Shown: one piece after another, positions 52,201 to 64,000 of the stretch
Layout: each line of letters starts with the position of its first letter
How positions within the stretch are numbered: position 1 is the stretch's first letter
Assembly: GCA_040954595.2 (NCBI GenBank)
Contig: CM082591.2
Location: forward strand, 6,452,595 to 6,516,594
DNA from: Balanoglossus misakiensis
Lineage: Eukaryota; Animalia; Hemichordata
Reading direction: 5' to 3'
Length of the DNA stretch: 64,000 nucleotides
The notes under the pieces: generated by a model
What the model was told of the DNA's origin: nothing
Databases searched by the model: none
What the model saw: the letters and a program-made list of their open reading frames with translations, nothing else
Position numbers and translations under genes: made by a program

Positions 52201-55200
52201 AATTTTCATAATTCGCAAAGTCGAAAAATCCTCGATTCTGGATGATTTTCATGGGCTATAACCCAGGGTTTTTATCAAAAAATGACCAAATTTTCATAAT
52301 TCGCAAAGTCGAAAAATCCTCGATTCTGGATGATTTTCATGGGCTATAACCCATGGTTTTTATCAAAAAATTACCAAATTTTCATAATTCGCAAAGTCGA
52401 AAAATCCTGGATTCTGGATGATTTTCATGGGCTATAACCCAGGGTTTTTATCAAAAAATGACCAAATTTTCATAATTCGCAAAATCGAAAAATCCTCGAT
52501 TCTGGGTGATTTTCATGGCTATAACCCATGGTTTTCATCAAAAAATGACCAAATTTTCATAATTCGCAAAGTCGAAAAATCCTCGATCTGGATGATTTTC
52601 ATGGGCTATAACCCATGGTTTTTATCAAAAAATGACCAAATTTTCATAATTCGCAAAGTCGAAAATCCTCGATTCTGGATGATTTTCATGGGCTATAACC
52701 CATGGTTTTTATCAAAAAATGACCAAATTTTCATAATTCGCAAAGTCGAAAAATCCTCGATTCTGGATGATTTTCATGGGCTATAACCCAGGGTTTTTAT
52801 CAAAAAATGACCAAATTTTCATAATTCGCAAAGTCGAAAAAATCCTCGATTCTGGATGATTTTCATGGGCTATAACCCATGGTTTTTATCAAAAAATTAC
52901 CAAATTTTCATAATTCGCAAAGTCGAAAAATCCTGGATTCTGGATGATTTTCATGGGCTATAACCCAGGGTTTTTATCAAAAAATGACCAAATTTTCATA
53001 ATTCGCAAAATCGAAAAATCCTCGATTCTGGGTGATTTTCATGGGCTATAACCCATGGTTTTCATCAAAAAATGACCAAATTTTCATAATTCGCAAAGTC
53101 GAAAAATCCTCGATTCTGGATGATTTTCATGGGCTATAACCCATGGTTTTTATCAAAAAATGACCAAATTTTCATAATTCGCAAAGTCGAAAAATCCTCG
53201 ATTCTGGATGATTTTCATGGGCTATAACCCATGGTTTTTATCAAAAAATGACCAAATTTTCATAATTCGCAAAGTCGAAAAATCCTCGATTCTGGATGAT
53301 TTTCGTGGGCTATAACCCATGGTTTTTATCAAAAAATGACCAAATTTTCATAATTCGCAAAGTCGAAAAATCCTCGATTCTGGATGATTTTCGTGGGCTA
53401 TAACCCATGGTTTTTATCAAAAAATGACCAAATTTTCATAATTCGCAAAGTCGAAAAATCCTCGATTCTGGATGATTTTCATGGGCTATAACCCATGGTT
53501 TTTATCAAAAAATGACCAAATTTTCATAATTCGCAAAGTCGAAAAATCCTCGATTCTGGATGATTTTCATGGGCTATAACCCAGGGTTTTTATCAAAAAA
53601 TTACCAAATTTTCATAATTCGCAAAGTCGAAAAATCCTGGATTCTGGATGATTTTCATGGGCTATAACCCAGGGTTTTTATCAAAAATGACCAAATTTTC
53701 ATAATTCGCAAAATCGAAAAATCCTCGATTCTGGATGATTTTCATGGGCTATAACCCAGGGTTTTTATCAAAAAATGACCAAATTTTCATAATTCGCAAA
53801 AAGCGAAAAATCCTCGATTCTGGGTGATTTTCATGGGCTATAACCCATGGTTTTCATCAAAAAATGACCAAATTTTCATAATTCGCAAAGTCGAAAAATC
53901 CTCGATTCTGGATGATTTTCATGGGCTATAACCCATGGTTTTTATCAAAAAATGACCAAATTTTCATAATTCGCAAAGTCGAAAAATCCTCGATTCTGGA
54001 TGATTTTCATGGGCTATAACCCATGGTTTTGATCAAAAAATGACCAAATTTTCATAATTCGCAAAGTCGAAAAATCCTCGATTCTGGATGATTTTCATGG
54101 GCTATAACCCATGGTTTTTATCAAAAAATGACCAAATTTTCATAATTCGCAAAGTCGAAAAATCCTCGATTCTGGATGATTTTCATGGGCTATAACCCAT
54201 GGTTTTTATCAAAAAATGACCAAATTTTCATAATTCGCAAAGTCGAAAAATCCTCGATTCTGGATGATTTTCATGGGCTATAACCCATGGTTTTCATCAA
54301 AAAATGACCAAATTTTCATAATTCGCAAAGTCGAAAAATCCTCGATTCTGGATGATTTTCATGGGCTATAACCCATGGTTTTCATCAAAAATTGACCAAA
54401 TTTTCATAATTCGCAAAGTCGAAAAATCCTCGATTCTGGATGATTTTCATGGGCTATAACCCATGGTTTTTATCAAAAAATGACCAAATTTTCATAATTC
54501 GCAAAGTCGAAAAATCCTCGATTCTGGATGATTTTCATGGGCTATAACCCAGGGTTTTTATCAAAAAATGACCAAATTTTCATAATTCGCAAAGTCGAAA
54601 AATCCTCGATTCTGGATGATTTTCATGGGCTATAACCCAGGGTTTTTATCAAAAAATGACCAAATTTTCATAATTCGCAAAGTCGAAAAATCCTCGATTC
54701 TGGATGATTTTCATGGGCTATAACCCATGGTTTTTATCAAAAAATTACCAAATTTTCATAATTCGCAAAGTCGAAAAATCCTGGATTCTGGATGATTTTC
54801 ATGGGCTATAACCCAGGGTTTTTATCAAAAAATGACCAAATTTTCATAATTCGCAAAATCGAAAAATCCTCGATTCTGGGTGATTTTCATGGGCTATAAC
54901 CCATGGTTTTTATCAAAAAATGACCAAATTTTCATAATTCGCAAAGTCGAAAAATCGTCGATTCTGGGTGATTTTCATGGGCTATAACCCATGGTTTTTA
55001 TCAAAAAATGACCAAATTTTCATAATTTGCAAAGTCGAAAAATCCTCGATTCTGGATGATTTTCATGGGCTATAACCCATGGTTTTTATCAAAAAATGAC
55101 CAAATTTTCATAATTCGCAAAGTCGAAAAATCCTCGATTCTGGATGATTTTCATGGGCTATAACCCATGGTTTTTATCAAAAATGACCAAATTTTCATAA

Positions 55201-58200
55201 TTCGCAAAGTCGAAAAATCCTCGATTCTGGATGATTTTCATGGGCTATAACCCATGGTTTTTATCAAAAAATGACCAAATTTTCATAATTCGCAAAGTCG
55301 AAAAATCCTCGATTCTGGATGATTTTCATGGGCTATAACCCATGTTTTTATCAAAAAATGACCAAATTTTCATAATTCGCAAAGTCGAAAAATCCTCGAT
55401 TCTGGATGATTTTCATGGGCTATAACCCATGGTTTTCATCAAAAAATGACCAAATTTTCATAATTCGCAAAGTCGAAAAATCCTCGATTCTGGATGATTT
55501 TCATGGGCTATAACCCATGGTTTTCATCAAAAAATGACCAAATTTTCATAATTCGCAAAGTCGAAAAATCCTCGATTCTGGATGATTTTCATGGGCTATA
55601 ACCCATGGTTTTTATCAAAAAATGACCAAATTTTCATAATTCGCAAAGTCGAAAAATCCTCGATTCTGGATGATTTTCATGGGCTATAACCCATGGTTTT
55701 TATCAAAAAATGACCAAATTTTCATAATTCGCAAAGTCGAAAAATCCTCGATTCTGGATGATTTTCATGGGCTATAACCCATGGTTTTCATCAAAAAATG
55801 ACCAAATTTTCATAATTCGCAAAGTCGAAAAATCCTCGATTCTGGATGATTTTCATGGGCTATAACCCATGGTTTTCATCAAAAAATGACCAAATTTTCA
55901 TAATTCGCAAAGTCGAAAAATCCTCGATTCTGGATGATTTTCATGGGCTATAACCCATGGTTTTTATCAAAAAATGACCAAATTTTCATAATTCGCAAAG
56001 TCGAAAAATCGTCGATTCTGGATGATTTTCATGGGCTATAACCCATGGTTTTTATCAAAAAATGACCAAATTTTCATAATTCGCAAAGTCGAAAAATCCT
56101 CGATTCTGGATGATTTTCATGGGCTATAAACCCAGGGTTTTTATCAAAAAATGACCAAATTTTCATAATTCGCAAAGTCGAAAAATCCTCGATTCTGGAT
56201 GATTTTCATGGGCTATAACCCATGGTTTTTATCAAAAAATTACCAAATTTTCATAATTCGCAAAGTCGAAAAATCCTGGATTCTGGATGATTTTCATGGG
56301 CTATAACCCAGGGTTTTTATCAAAAAATGACCAAATTTTCATAATTCGCAAAATCGAAAAATCCTCGATTCTGGGTGATTTTCATGGGCTATAACCCATG
56401 GTTTTCATCAAAAAATGACCAAATTTTCATAATTCGCAAAGTCGAAAAATCCTCGATTCTGGATGATTTTCATGGGCTATAACCCATGGTTTTTATCAAA
56501 AAATGACCAAATTTTCATAATTCGCAAAGTCGAAAAATCCTCGATTCTGGATGATTTTCATGGGCTATAACCCATGGTTTTTATCAAAAAATGACCAAAT
56601 TTCATAATTCGCAAAGTCGAAAAATCCTCGATTCTGGGATGATTTTCATGGGCTATAACCCAGGGTTTTTATCAAAAAATGACCAAATTTTCATAATTCG
56701 CAAAGTCGAAAAATCCTCGATTCTGGATGATTTTCATGGGCTATAACCCATGGTTTTTATCAAAAAATTACCAAATTTTCATAATTCGCAAAGTCGAAAA
56801 ATCCTGGATTCTGGATGATTTTCATGGGCTATAACCCAGGGTTTTTATCAAAAAATGACCAAATTTTCATAATTCGCAAAATCGAAAAATCCTCGATTCT
56901 GGGTGATTTTCATGGGCTATAACCCATGGTTTTCATCAAAAAATGACCAAATTTTCATAATTCGCAAGTCGAAAAATCCTCGATTCTGGATGATTTTCAT
57001 GGGCTATAACCCATGGTTTTTATCAAAAAATGACCAAATTTTCATAATTCGCAAAGTCGAAAAATCCTCGATTCTGGATGATTTTCATGGGCTATAACCC
57101 ATGGTTTTTATCAAAAAATGACCAAATTTTCATAATTCGCAAAGTCGAAAAATCCTCGATTCTGGATGATTTTCGTGGGCTATAACCCATGGTTTTTATC
57201 AAAAAATGACCAAATTTTCATAATTCGCAAAGTCGAAAAATCCTCGATTCTGGATGATTTTCGTGGGCTATAACCCATGGTTTTTATCAAAAAATGACCA
57301 AATTTTCATAATTCGCAAAGTCGAAAAATCCTCGATTCTGGATGATTTTCATGGGCTATAACCCATGGTTTTTATCAAAAAATGACCAAATTTTCATAAT
57401 TCGCAAAGTCGAAAAATCCTCGATTCTGGATGATTTTCATGGGCTATAACCCAGGGTTTTTATCAAAAAATTACCAAATTTTCATAATTCGCAAAGTCGA
57501 AAAATCCTGGATTCTGGATGATTTTCATGGGCTATAACCCAGGGTTTTTATCAAAAAATGACCAAATTTTCATAATTCGCAAAATCGAAAAATCCTCGAT
57601 TCTGGATGATTTTCATGGGCTATAACCCAGGGTTTTTATCAAAAAATGACCAAATTTTCATAATTCGCAAAAAGCGAAAAATCCTCGATTCTGGGTGATT
57701 TTCATGGGCTATAACCCATGGTTTTAATCAAAAAATGACCAAATTTTCATAATTCGCAAAGTCGAAAAATCCTCGATTCTGGATGATTTTCATGGGCTAT
57801 AACCCATGGTTTTTATCAAAAAATGACCAAATTTTCATAATTCGCAAAGTCGAAAAATCCTCGATTCTGGATGATTTTCATGGGCTATAACCCATGGTTT
57901 TGATCAAAAAATGACCAAATTTTCATAATTCGCAAAGTCGAAAAATCCTCGATTCTGGATGATTTTCATGGGCTATAACCCATGGTTTTTATCAAAAAAT
58001 GACCAAATTTTCATAATTCGCAAAGTCGAAAAATCCTCGATTCTGGATGATTTTCATGGGCTATAACCCATGGTTTTTATCAAAAATGACCAAATTTTCA
58101 TAATTCGCAAAGTCGAAAATCGTCGATTCTGGATGATTTTCATGGGCTATAACCCATGGTTTTCATCAAAAAATGACCAAATTTTCATAATTCGCAAAGT

Positions 58201-59422
58201 CGAAAAATCCTCGATTCTGGATGATTTTCATGGGCTATAACCCATGGTTTTTATCAAAAAATGACCAAATTTTCATAATTCGCAAAGTCGAAAAATCCTC
58301 GATTCTGGATGATTTTCATGGGCTATAACCCATGGTTTTTATCAAAAAATGACCAAATTTTCATAATTCGCAAAGTCGAAAAATCGTCGATTCTGGATGA
58401 TTTTCATGGGCTATAACCCATGGTTTTTATCAAAAAATGACCAAATTTTCATAATTCGCAAAGTCGAAAAATCGTCGATTCTGGATGATTTTCATGGGCT
58501 ATAACCCATGTTTTTTATCAAAAAATGACCAAATTTTCATAATTCGCAAAGTCGAAAAATCCTCGATTCTGGATGATTTTCATGGGCTATAACCCAGGGT
58601 TTTTATCAAAAAATTACCAAATTTTCATAATTCGCAAAGTCGAAAAATCCTCGATTCTGGATGATTTTCATGGGCTATAACCAGGGTTTTTATCAAAAAA
58701 TTACCAAATTTTCATAATTCGCAAAGTCGAAAAATCCTCGATTCTGGATGATTTTCATGGGCTATAACCCATGGTTTTTATCAAAAAATTACCAAATTTT
58801 CATAATTCGCAAAGTCGAAAAATCGTCGATTCTGGATGATTTTCATGGGCTATAACCCAGGGTTTTTATCAAAAAATGACCAAATTTTCATAATTCGCAA
58901 AGTCGAAAAATCGTCGATTCTGGGTGATTTTCATGGGCTATAACCCAGGGTTTTTATCAAAAAATGACCAAATTTTCATAATTCGCAAAATCGAAAAATC
59001 CTCGATTCTGGGTGATTTTCATGGGCTATAACCCATGGTTTTCATCAAAAAATGACCAAATTTTCATAATTCGCAAAGTCGAAAAATCCTCGATTCTGGA
59101 TGATTTTCATGGGCTATAACCCATGGTTTTTATCAAAAAATGACCAAATTTTCATAATTCGCAAAGTCGAAAAATCCTCGATTCTGGATGATTTTCATGG
59201 GCTATAACCCATGGTTTTTATCAAAAAATGACCAAATTTTCATAATTCGCAAAGTCGAAAAATCCTCGATTCTGGATGATTTTCATGGGCTATAACCCAT
59301 GGTTTTTATCAAAAATGACCAAATTTTCATAATTCGCAAAGTCGAAAAATCGTCGATTCTGGATGATTTTCATAGGCTATAACCCATGGTTTTTATCAAA
59401 AAATGACCAAATTTTCATAATT
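40270..59422 (+). repeat. 88-bp satellite array, forward orientation (~218 monomers)
   Basis: Consensus aaagtcgaaaaatc(g/c)tcgattctggatgattttcatgggctataacccatggtttttatcaaaaaatgaccaaattttcataattcgc, repeated head-to-tail with no spacers. Confidence 0.99.
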
Positions 59423-62400
59423 TTTCGACTTTGCGAATTATGAAAATTTGGTCATTTTTTGATAAAAACCATGGGTTATAGCCCATGAAAATCATCCAGA
59501 ATCGACGATTTTTCGACTTTGCGAATTATGAAAATTTGGTCATTTTTTGATAAAAACCATGGGTTATAGCCCATGAAAATCATCCAGAATCGAGGATTTT
59601 TCGACTTTGCGAATTATGAAAATTTGGTCATTTTTTGATAAAAACCATGGGTTATAGCCCATGAAAATCATCCAGAATCGAGGATTTTTCGACTTTGCGA
59701 ATTATGAAAATTTGGTCATTTTTTGATAAAAACCATGGGTTATAGCCCATGAAAATCATCCAGAATCGACGACTTTGCGAATTATGAAAATTTGGTCATT
59801 TTTTGATAAAAACCATGGGTTATAGCCCATGAAAATCATCCAGAATCGACGATTTTTCGACTTTGCGAATTATGAAATTTGGTCATTTTTGATAAAAACC
59901 ATGGGTTATAGCCCATAAAAATCATCCAGAATCGACGATTTTTCGACTTTGCGAATTATGAAAATTTGGTCATTTTTTGATAAAAACCATGGGTTATAGC
60001 CCATGAAAATCATCCAGAATCGACGATTTTTCGACTTTGCGAATTATGAAAATTTGGTCATTTTTTGATAAAAACCATGGGTTATAGCCCATGAAAATCA
60101 TCCAGAATCGACGATTTTTCGACTTTGCGAATTATGAAAATTTGGTCATTTTTTGATAAAAACCATGGGTTATAGCCCATGAAAATCATCCAGAATCGAC
60201 GATTTTTCGACTTTGCGAATTATGAAAATTTGGTCATTTTTTGATAAAAACCATGGGTTATAGCCCATGAAAATCATCCAGAATCGACGATTTTTCGACT
60301 TTGCGAATTATGAAAATTTGGTCATTTTTTGATAAAAACCATGGGTTATAGCCCATGAAAATCATCCAGAATCGACGATTTTTCGACTTTGCGAATTATG
60401 AAAATTTGGTCATTTTTTGATAAAAACCATGGGTTATAGCCCATGAAAATCATCCAGAATCGACGATTTTTCGACTTTGCGAATTATGAAAATTTGGTCA
60501 TTTTTTGATAAAAACCATGGGTTATAGCCCATGAAAATCATCCAGAATCGACGATTTTTCGACTTTGCGAATTATGAAAATTTGGTCATTTTTTGATAAA
60601 AACCATGGGTTATAGCCCGTGAAAATCATCCAGAATCGACGATTTTTCGACTTTGCGAATTATGAAAATTTGGTCATTTTTTGATAAAAACCATGGGTTA
60701 TAGCCCATGAAAATCATCCAGAATCGACGATTTTTCGACTTTGCGAATTATGAAAATTTGGTCATTTTTTGATAAAAACCATGGGTTATAGCCCATGAAA
60801 ATCATCCAGAATCGACGATTTTTCGACTTTGCGAATTATGAAAATTTGGTCATTTTTTGATAAAAACCATTGGTTATAGCCCATGAAAATCATCCAGAAT
60901 CGACGATTTTTCGACTTTGCGAATTATGAAAATTTGGTCATTTTTTGATAAAAACCATGGGTTATAGCCCATGAAAATCATCCAGAATCGACGATTTTTC
61001 GACTTTGCGAATTATGAAAATTTGGTCATTTTTTGATAAAAACCATGGGTTATAGCCCATGAAAATCATCCAGAATCGACGATTTTTCGACTTTGCGAAT
61101 TATGAGAATTTGGTCATTTTTTGATAAAAACCATGGGTTATAGCCCATGAAAATCATCCAGAATCGACGATTTTTCGACTTTGCGAATTATAAAAATTTG
61201 GTCATTTTTTGATAAAAACCATGGGTTATAGCCCATGAAAATCATCCAGAATCGACGATTTTTCGACTTTGCGAACTATGAAAATTTGGTCATTTTTTGA
61301 TAAAAACCATGGGTTATAGCCCATGAAAATCATCCAGAATCGACGATTTTTCGACTTTGCGAACTATGAAAATTTGGTCATTTTTTGATAAAAACCATGG
61401 GTTATAGCCCATGAAAATCATCCAGAATCGACGATTTTTCGACTTTGCGAACTATGAAAATTTGGTCATTTTTTGATAAAAACCATGGGTTATAGCCCAT
61501 GAAAATCATCCAGAATCGACGATTTTTCGACTTTGCGAATTATGAAAATTTGGTCATTTTTTGATAAAAACCATGGGTTATAGCCCATGAAAATCATCCA
61601 GAATCGACGATTTTTCGACTTTTCGAATTATGAAAATTTGGTCATTTTTTGATAAAAACCATGGGTTATAGCCCATGAAAATCATCCAGAATCGACGATT
61701 TTTCGACTTTGCGAACTATGAAAATTTGGTCATTTTTTGATAAAAACCATAGGTTATAGCCCATGAAAATCATCCAGAATCGACGATTTTTCGACTTTTC
61801 GAACTTATGAAAATTTGGTCATTTTTTGATAAAAACCATGGGTTATAGCCCATGAAAATCATCCAGAATCGACGATTTTTCGACTTTGCGAATTATGAAA
61901 ATTTGGTCATTTTTTGATAAAAACCATGGGTTATAGCCCATGAAAATCATCCAGAATCGACGATTTTTCGACTTTGCGAATTATGAAAATTTGGTCATTT
62001 TTTGATAAAAACCATGGGTTATAGCCCATGAAAATCATCCAGAATCGACGATTTTTCGACTTTGCGAATTATGAAAATTTGGTCATTTTTTGATAAAAAC
62101 CATGGGTTATAGCCCATGAAAATCATCCAGAATCGACGATTTTTCGACTTTGCGAATTATGAAAATTTGGTCATTTTTTGATAAAAACCATGGGTTATAG
62201 CCCATGAAAATCATCCAGAATCGACGATTTTTCGACTTTGCGAATTATGAAAATTTGGTCATTTTTTGATAAAAACCATGGGTTATAGCCCATGAAAATC
62301 ATCCAGAATCGACGATTTTTCGACTTTGCGAATTATGAAAATTTGGTCATTTTTTGATAAAAACCATGGGTTATAGCCCATGAAAATCATCCAGAATCGA

Positions 62401-64000
62401 CGATTTTTCGACTTTGCGAATTATGAAAATTTGGTCATTTTTTGATAAAAACCATGGGTTATAGCCCATGAAAATCATCCAGAATCGACGATTTTTCGAC
62501 TTTGCGAATTATGAAAATTTGGTCATTTTTTGATAAAAACCATGGGTTATAGCCCATGAAAATCATCCAGAATCGACGATTTTTCGACTTTGCGAATTAT
62601 GAAAATTTGGTCATTTTTTGATAAAAACCATGGGTTATAGCCCATGAAAATCATCCAGAATCGACGATTTTTCGACTTTGCGAATTATGAAAATTTGGTC
62701 ATTTTTTGATAAAAACCTTGGGTTATAGCCCATGAAAATCATCCAGAATCGACGATTTTTCGACTTTGCGAATTATGAAAATTTGGTGATTTTTTGATAA
62801 AAACCATGGGTTATAGCCCATGAAAATCATCCAGAATCGACGATTTTTCGACTTTGCGAATTATGAAAATTTGGTCATTTTTTGATAAAAACCATGGGTT
62901 ATAGCCCATGAAAATCATCCAGAATCGACGATTTTTCGACTTTGCGAATTATGAAAATTTGGTCATTTTTTGATAAAAACCATGGGTTATAGCCCATGAA
63001 AATCATCCAGAATCGACGATTTTTCGACTTTGCGAATTATGAAAATTTGGTCATTTTTTGATAAAAACCATGGGTTATAGCCCATGAAAATCATCCAGAA
63101 TCGACGATTTTTCGACTTTGCGAATTATGAAAATTTGGTGATTTTTTGATAAAAACCATGGGTTATAGCCCATGAAAATCATCCAGAATCGACGATTTTT
63201 CGACTTTGCGAATTATGAAAATTTGGTGATTTTTTGATAAAAACCATGGGTTATAGCCCATGAAAATCATCCAGAATCGACGATTTTTCGACTTTGCGAA
63301 TTATGAAAATTTGGTCATTTTTTGATAAAAACCATGGGTTATAGCCCATGAAAATCATCCAGAATCGACGATTTTTCGACTTTGCGAATTATGAAAATTT
63401 GGTCATTTTTTGATAAAAACCATGGGTTATAGCCCATGAAAATCATCCAGAATCGACGATTTTTCGACTTTGCGAATTATGAAAATTTGGTCATTTTTTG
63501 ATAAAAACCATGGGTTATAGCCCATGAAAATCATCCAGAATCGACGATTTTTCGACTTTGCGAATTATGAAAATTTGGTCATTTTTTGATAAAATCCATG
63601 GGTTATAGCCCATGAAAATCATCCAGAATCGACGATTTTTCGACTTTGCGAATTATGAAAATTTGGTCATTTTTTGATAAAAACCATGGGTTATAGCCCA
63701 TGAAAATCATCCAGAATCGACGATTTTTCGACTTTGCGAATTATGAAAATTTGGTCATTTTTTGATAAAAACCATGGGTTATAGCCCATGAAAATCATCC
63801 AGAATCGACGATTTTTCGACTTTGCGAATTATGAAAATTTGGTCATTTTTTGATAAAAACCATGGGTTATAGCCCATGAAAATCATCCAGAATCGACGAT
63901 TTTTCGACTTTGCGAATTATGAAAATTTGGTCATTTTTTTGATAAAAACCATGGGTTATAGCCCATGAAAATCATCCAGAATCGACGATTTTTCGACTTT
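59420..64000 (-). repeat. 88-bp satellite array, inverted orientation (~52 monomers, runs off the window)
   Basis: Reverse complement of the same monomer, starting at ...cataATTtttcgactttgcgaattatg... Confidence 0.99.

Noticed and set aside
49605-57097. Short ORFs MIFMGYNPWFLSKNDQ... inside the array
   Set aside because: They arise from 1-bp indels in satellite monomers (some may be sequencing errors) and show no coding signal.
40270-64000. CRISPR-like array (regular repeats containing a hairpin)
   Set aside because: Monomers are contiguous and near-identical with no unique spacers, there are no cas genes, and the context is eukaryotic. It is a satellite.

Overview
Eukaryotic genomic DNA with spliceosomal GT-AG introns, microsatellites and MITEs, probably from a marine invertebrate deuterostome (inference from gene content and style). 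It has three parts. (1) 1-13.9 kb: a tandem duplication (~10.3 kb period) of a minus-strand gene for a secreted proteinase K/aqualysin-type subtilisin (S8A). The complete copy (11 coding exons, ~626 aa, 11416->6473) reads signal peptide, I9-like prodomain, catalytic domain, EPN C-type lectin and two unusual Cys/Asp-rich repeats. Only the first exons of the other copy fall in the window. (2) 17.4-38.9 kb: two intact tandem paralogs (14 coding exons; ~917 and ~947 aa) of a type II membrane protein with a short cytoplasmic tail, a TM helix, four copies of an unrecognised ~138-aa 4-Cys exon-module domain, an EPN C-type lectin and five LDL-receptor class A repeats. The paralogs show patchy near-identity suggestive of gene conversion, and several MITE insertions have empty sites in the sister copy. 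(3) 40.27-64 kb: an 88-bp satellite array that starts at the A-tail of a decayed L1/Tx1-like LINE 3' end, contains multi-kb higher-order duplications, and switches strand at ~59,421 to form a giant palindrome with a 13-nt spacer. All exon models were built by hand from splice signals and frame continuity and need RNA support.
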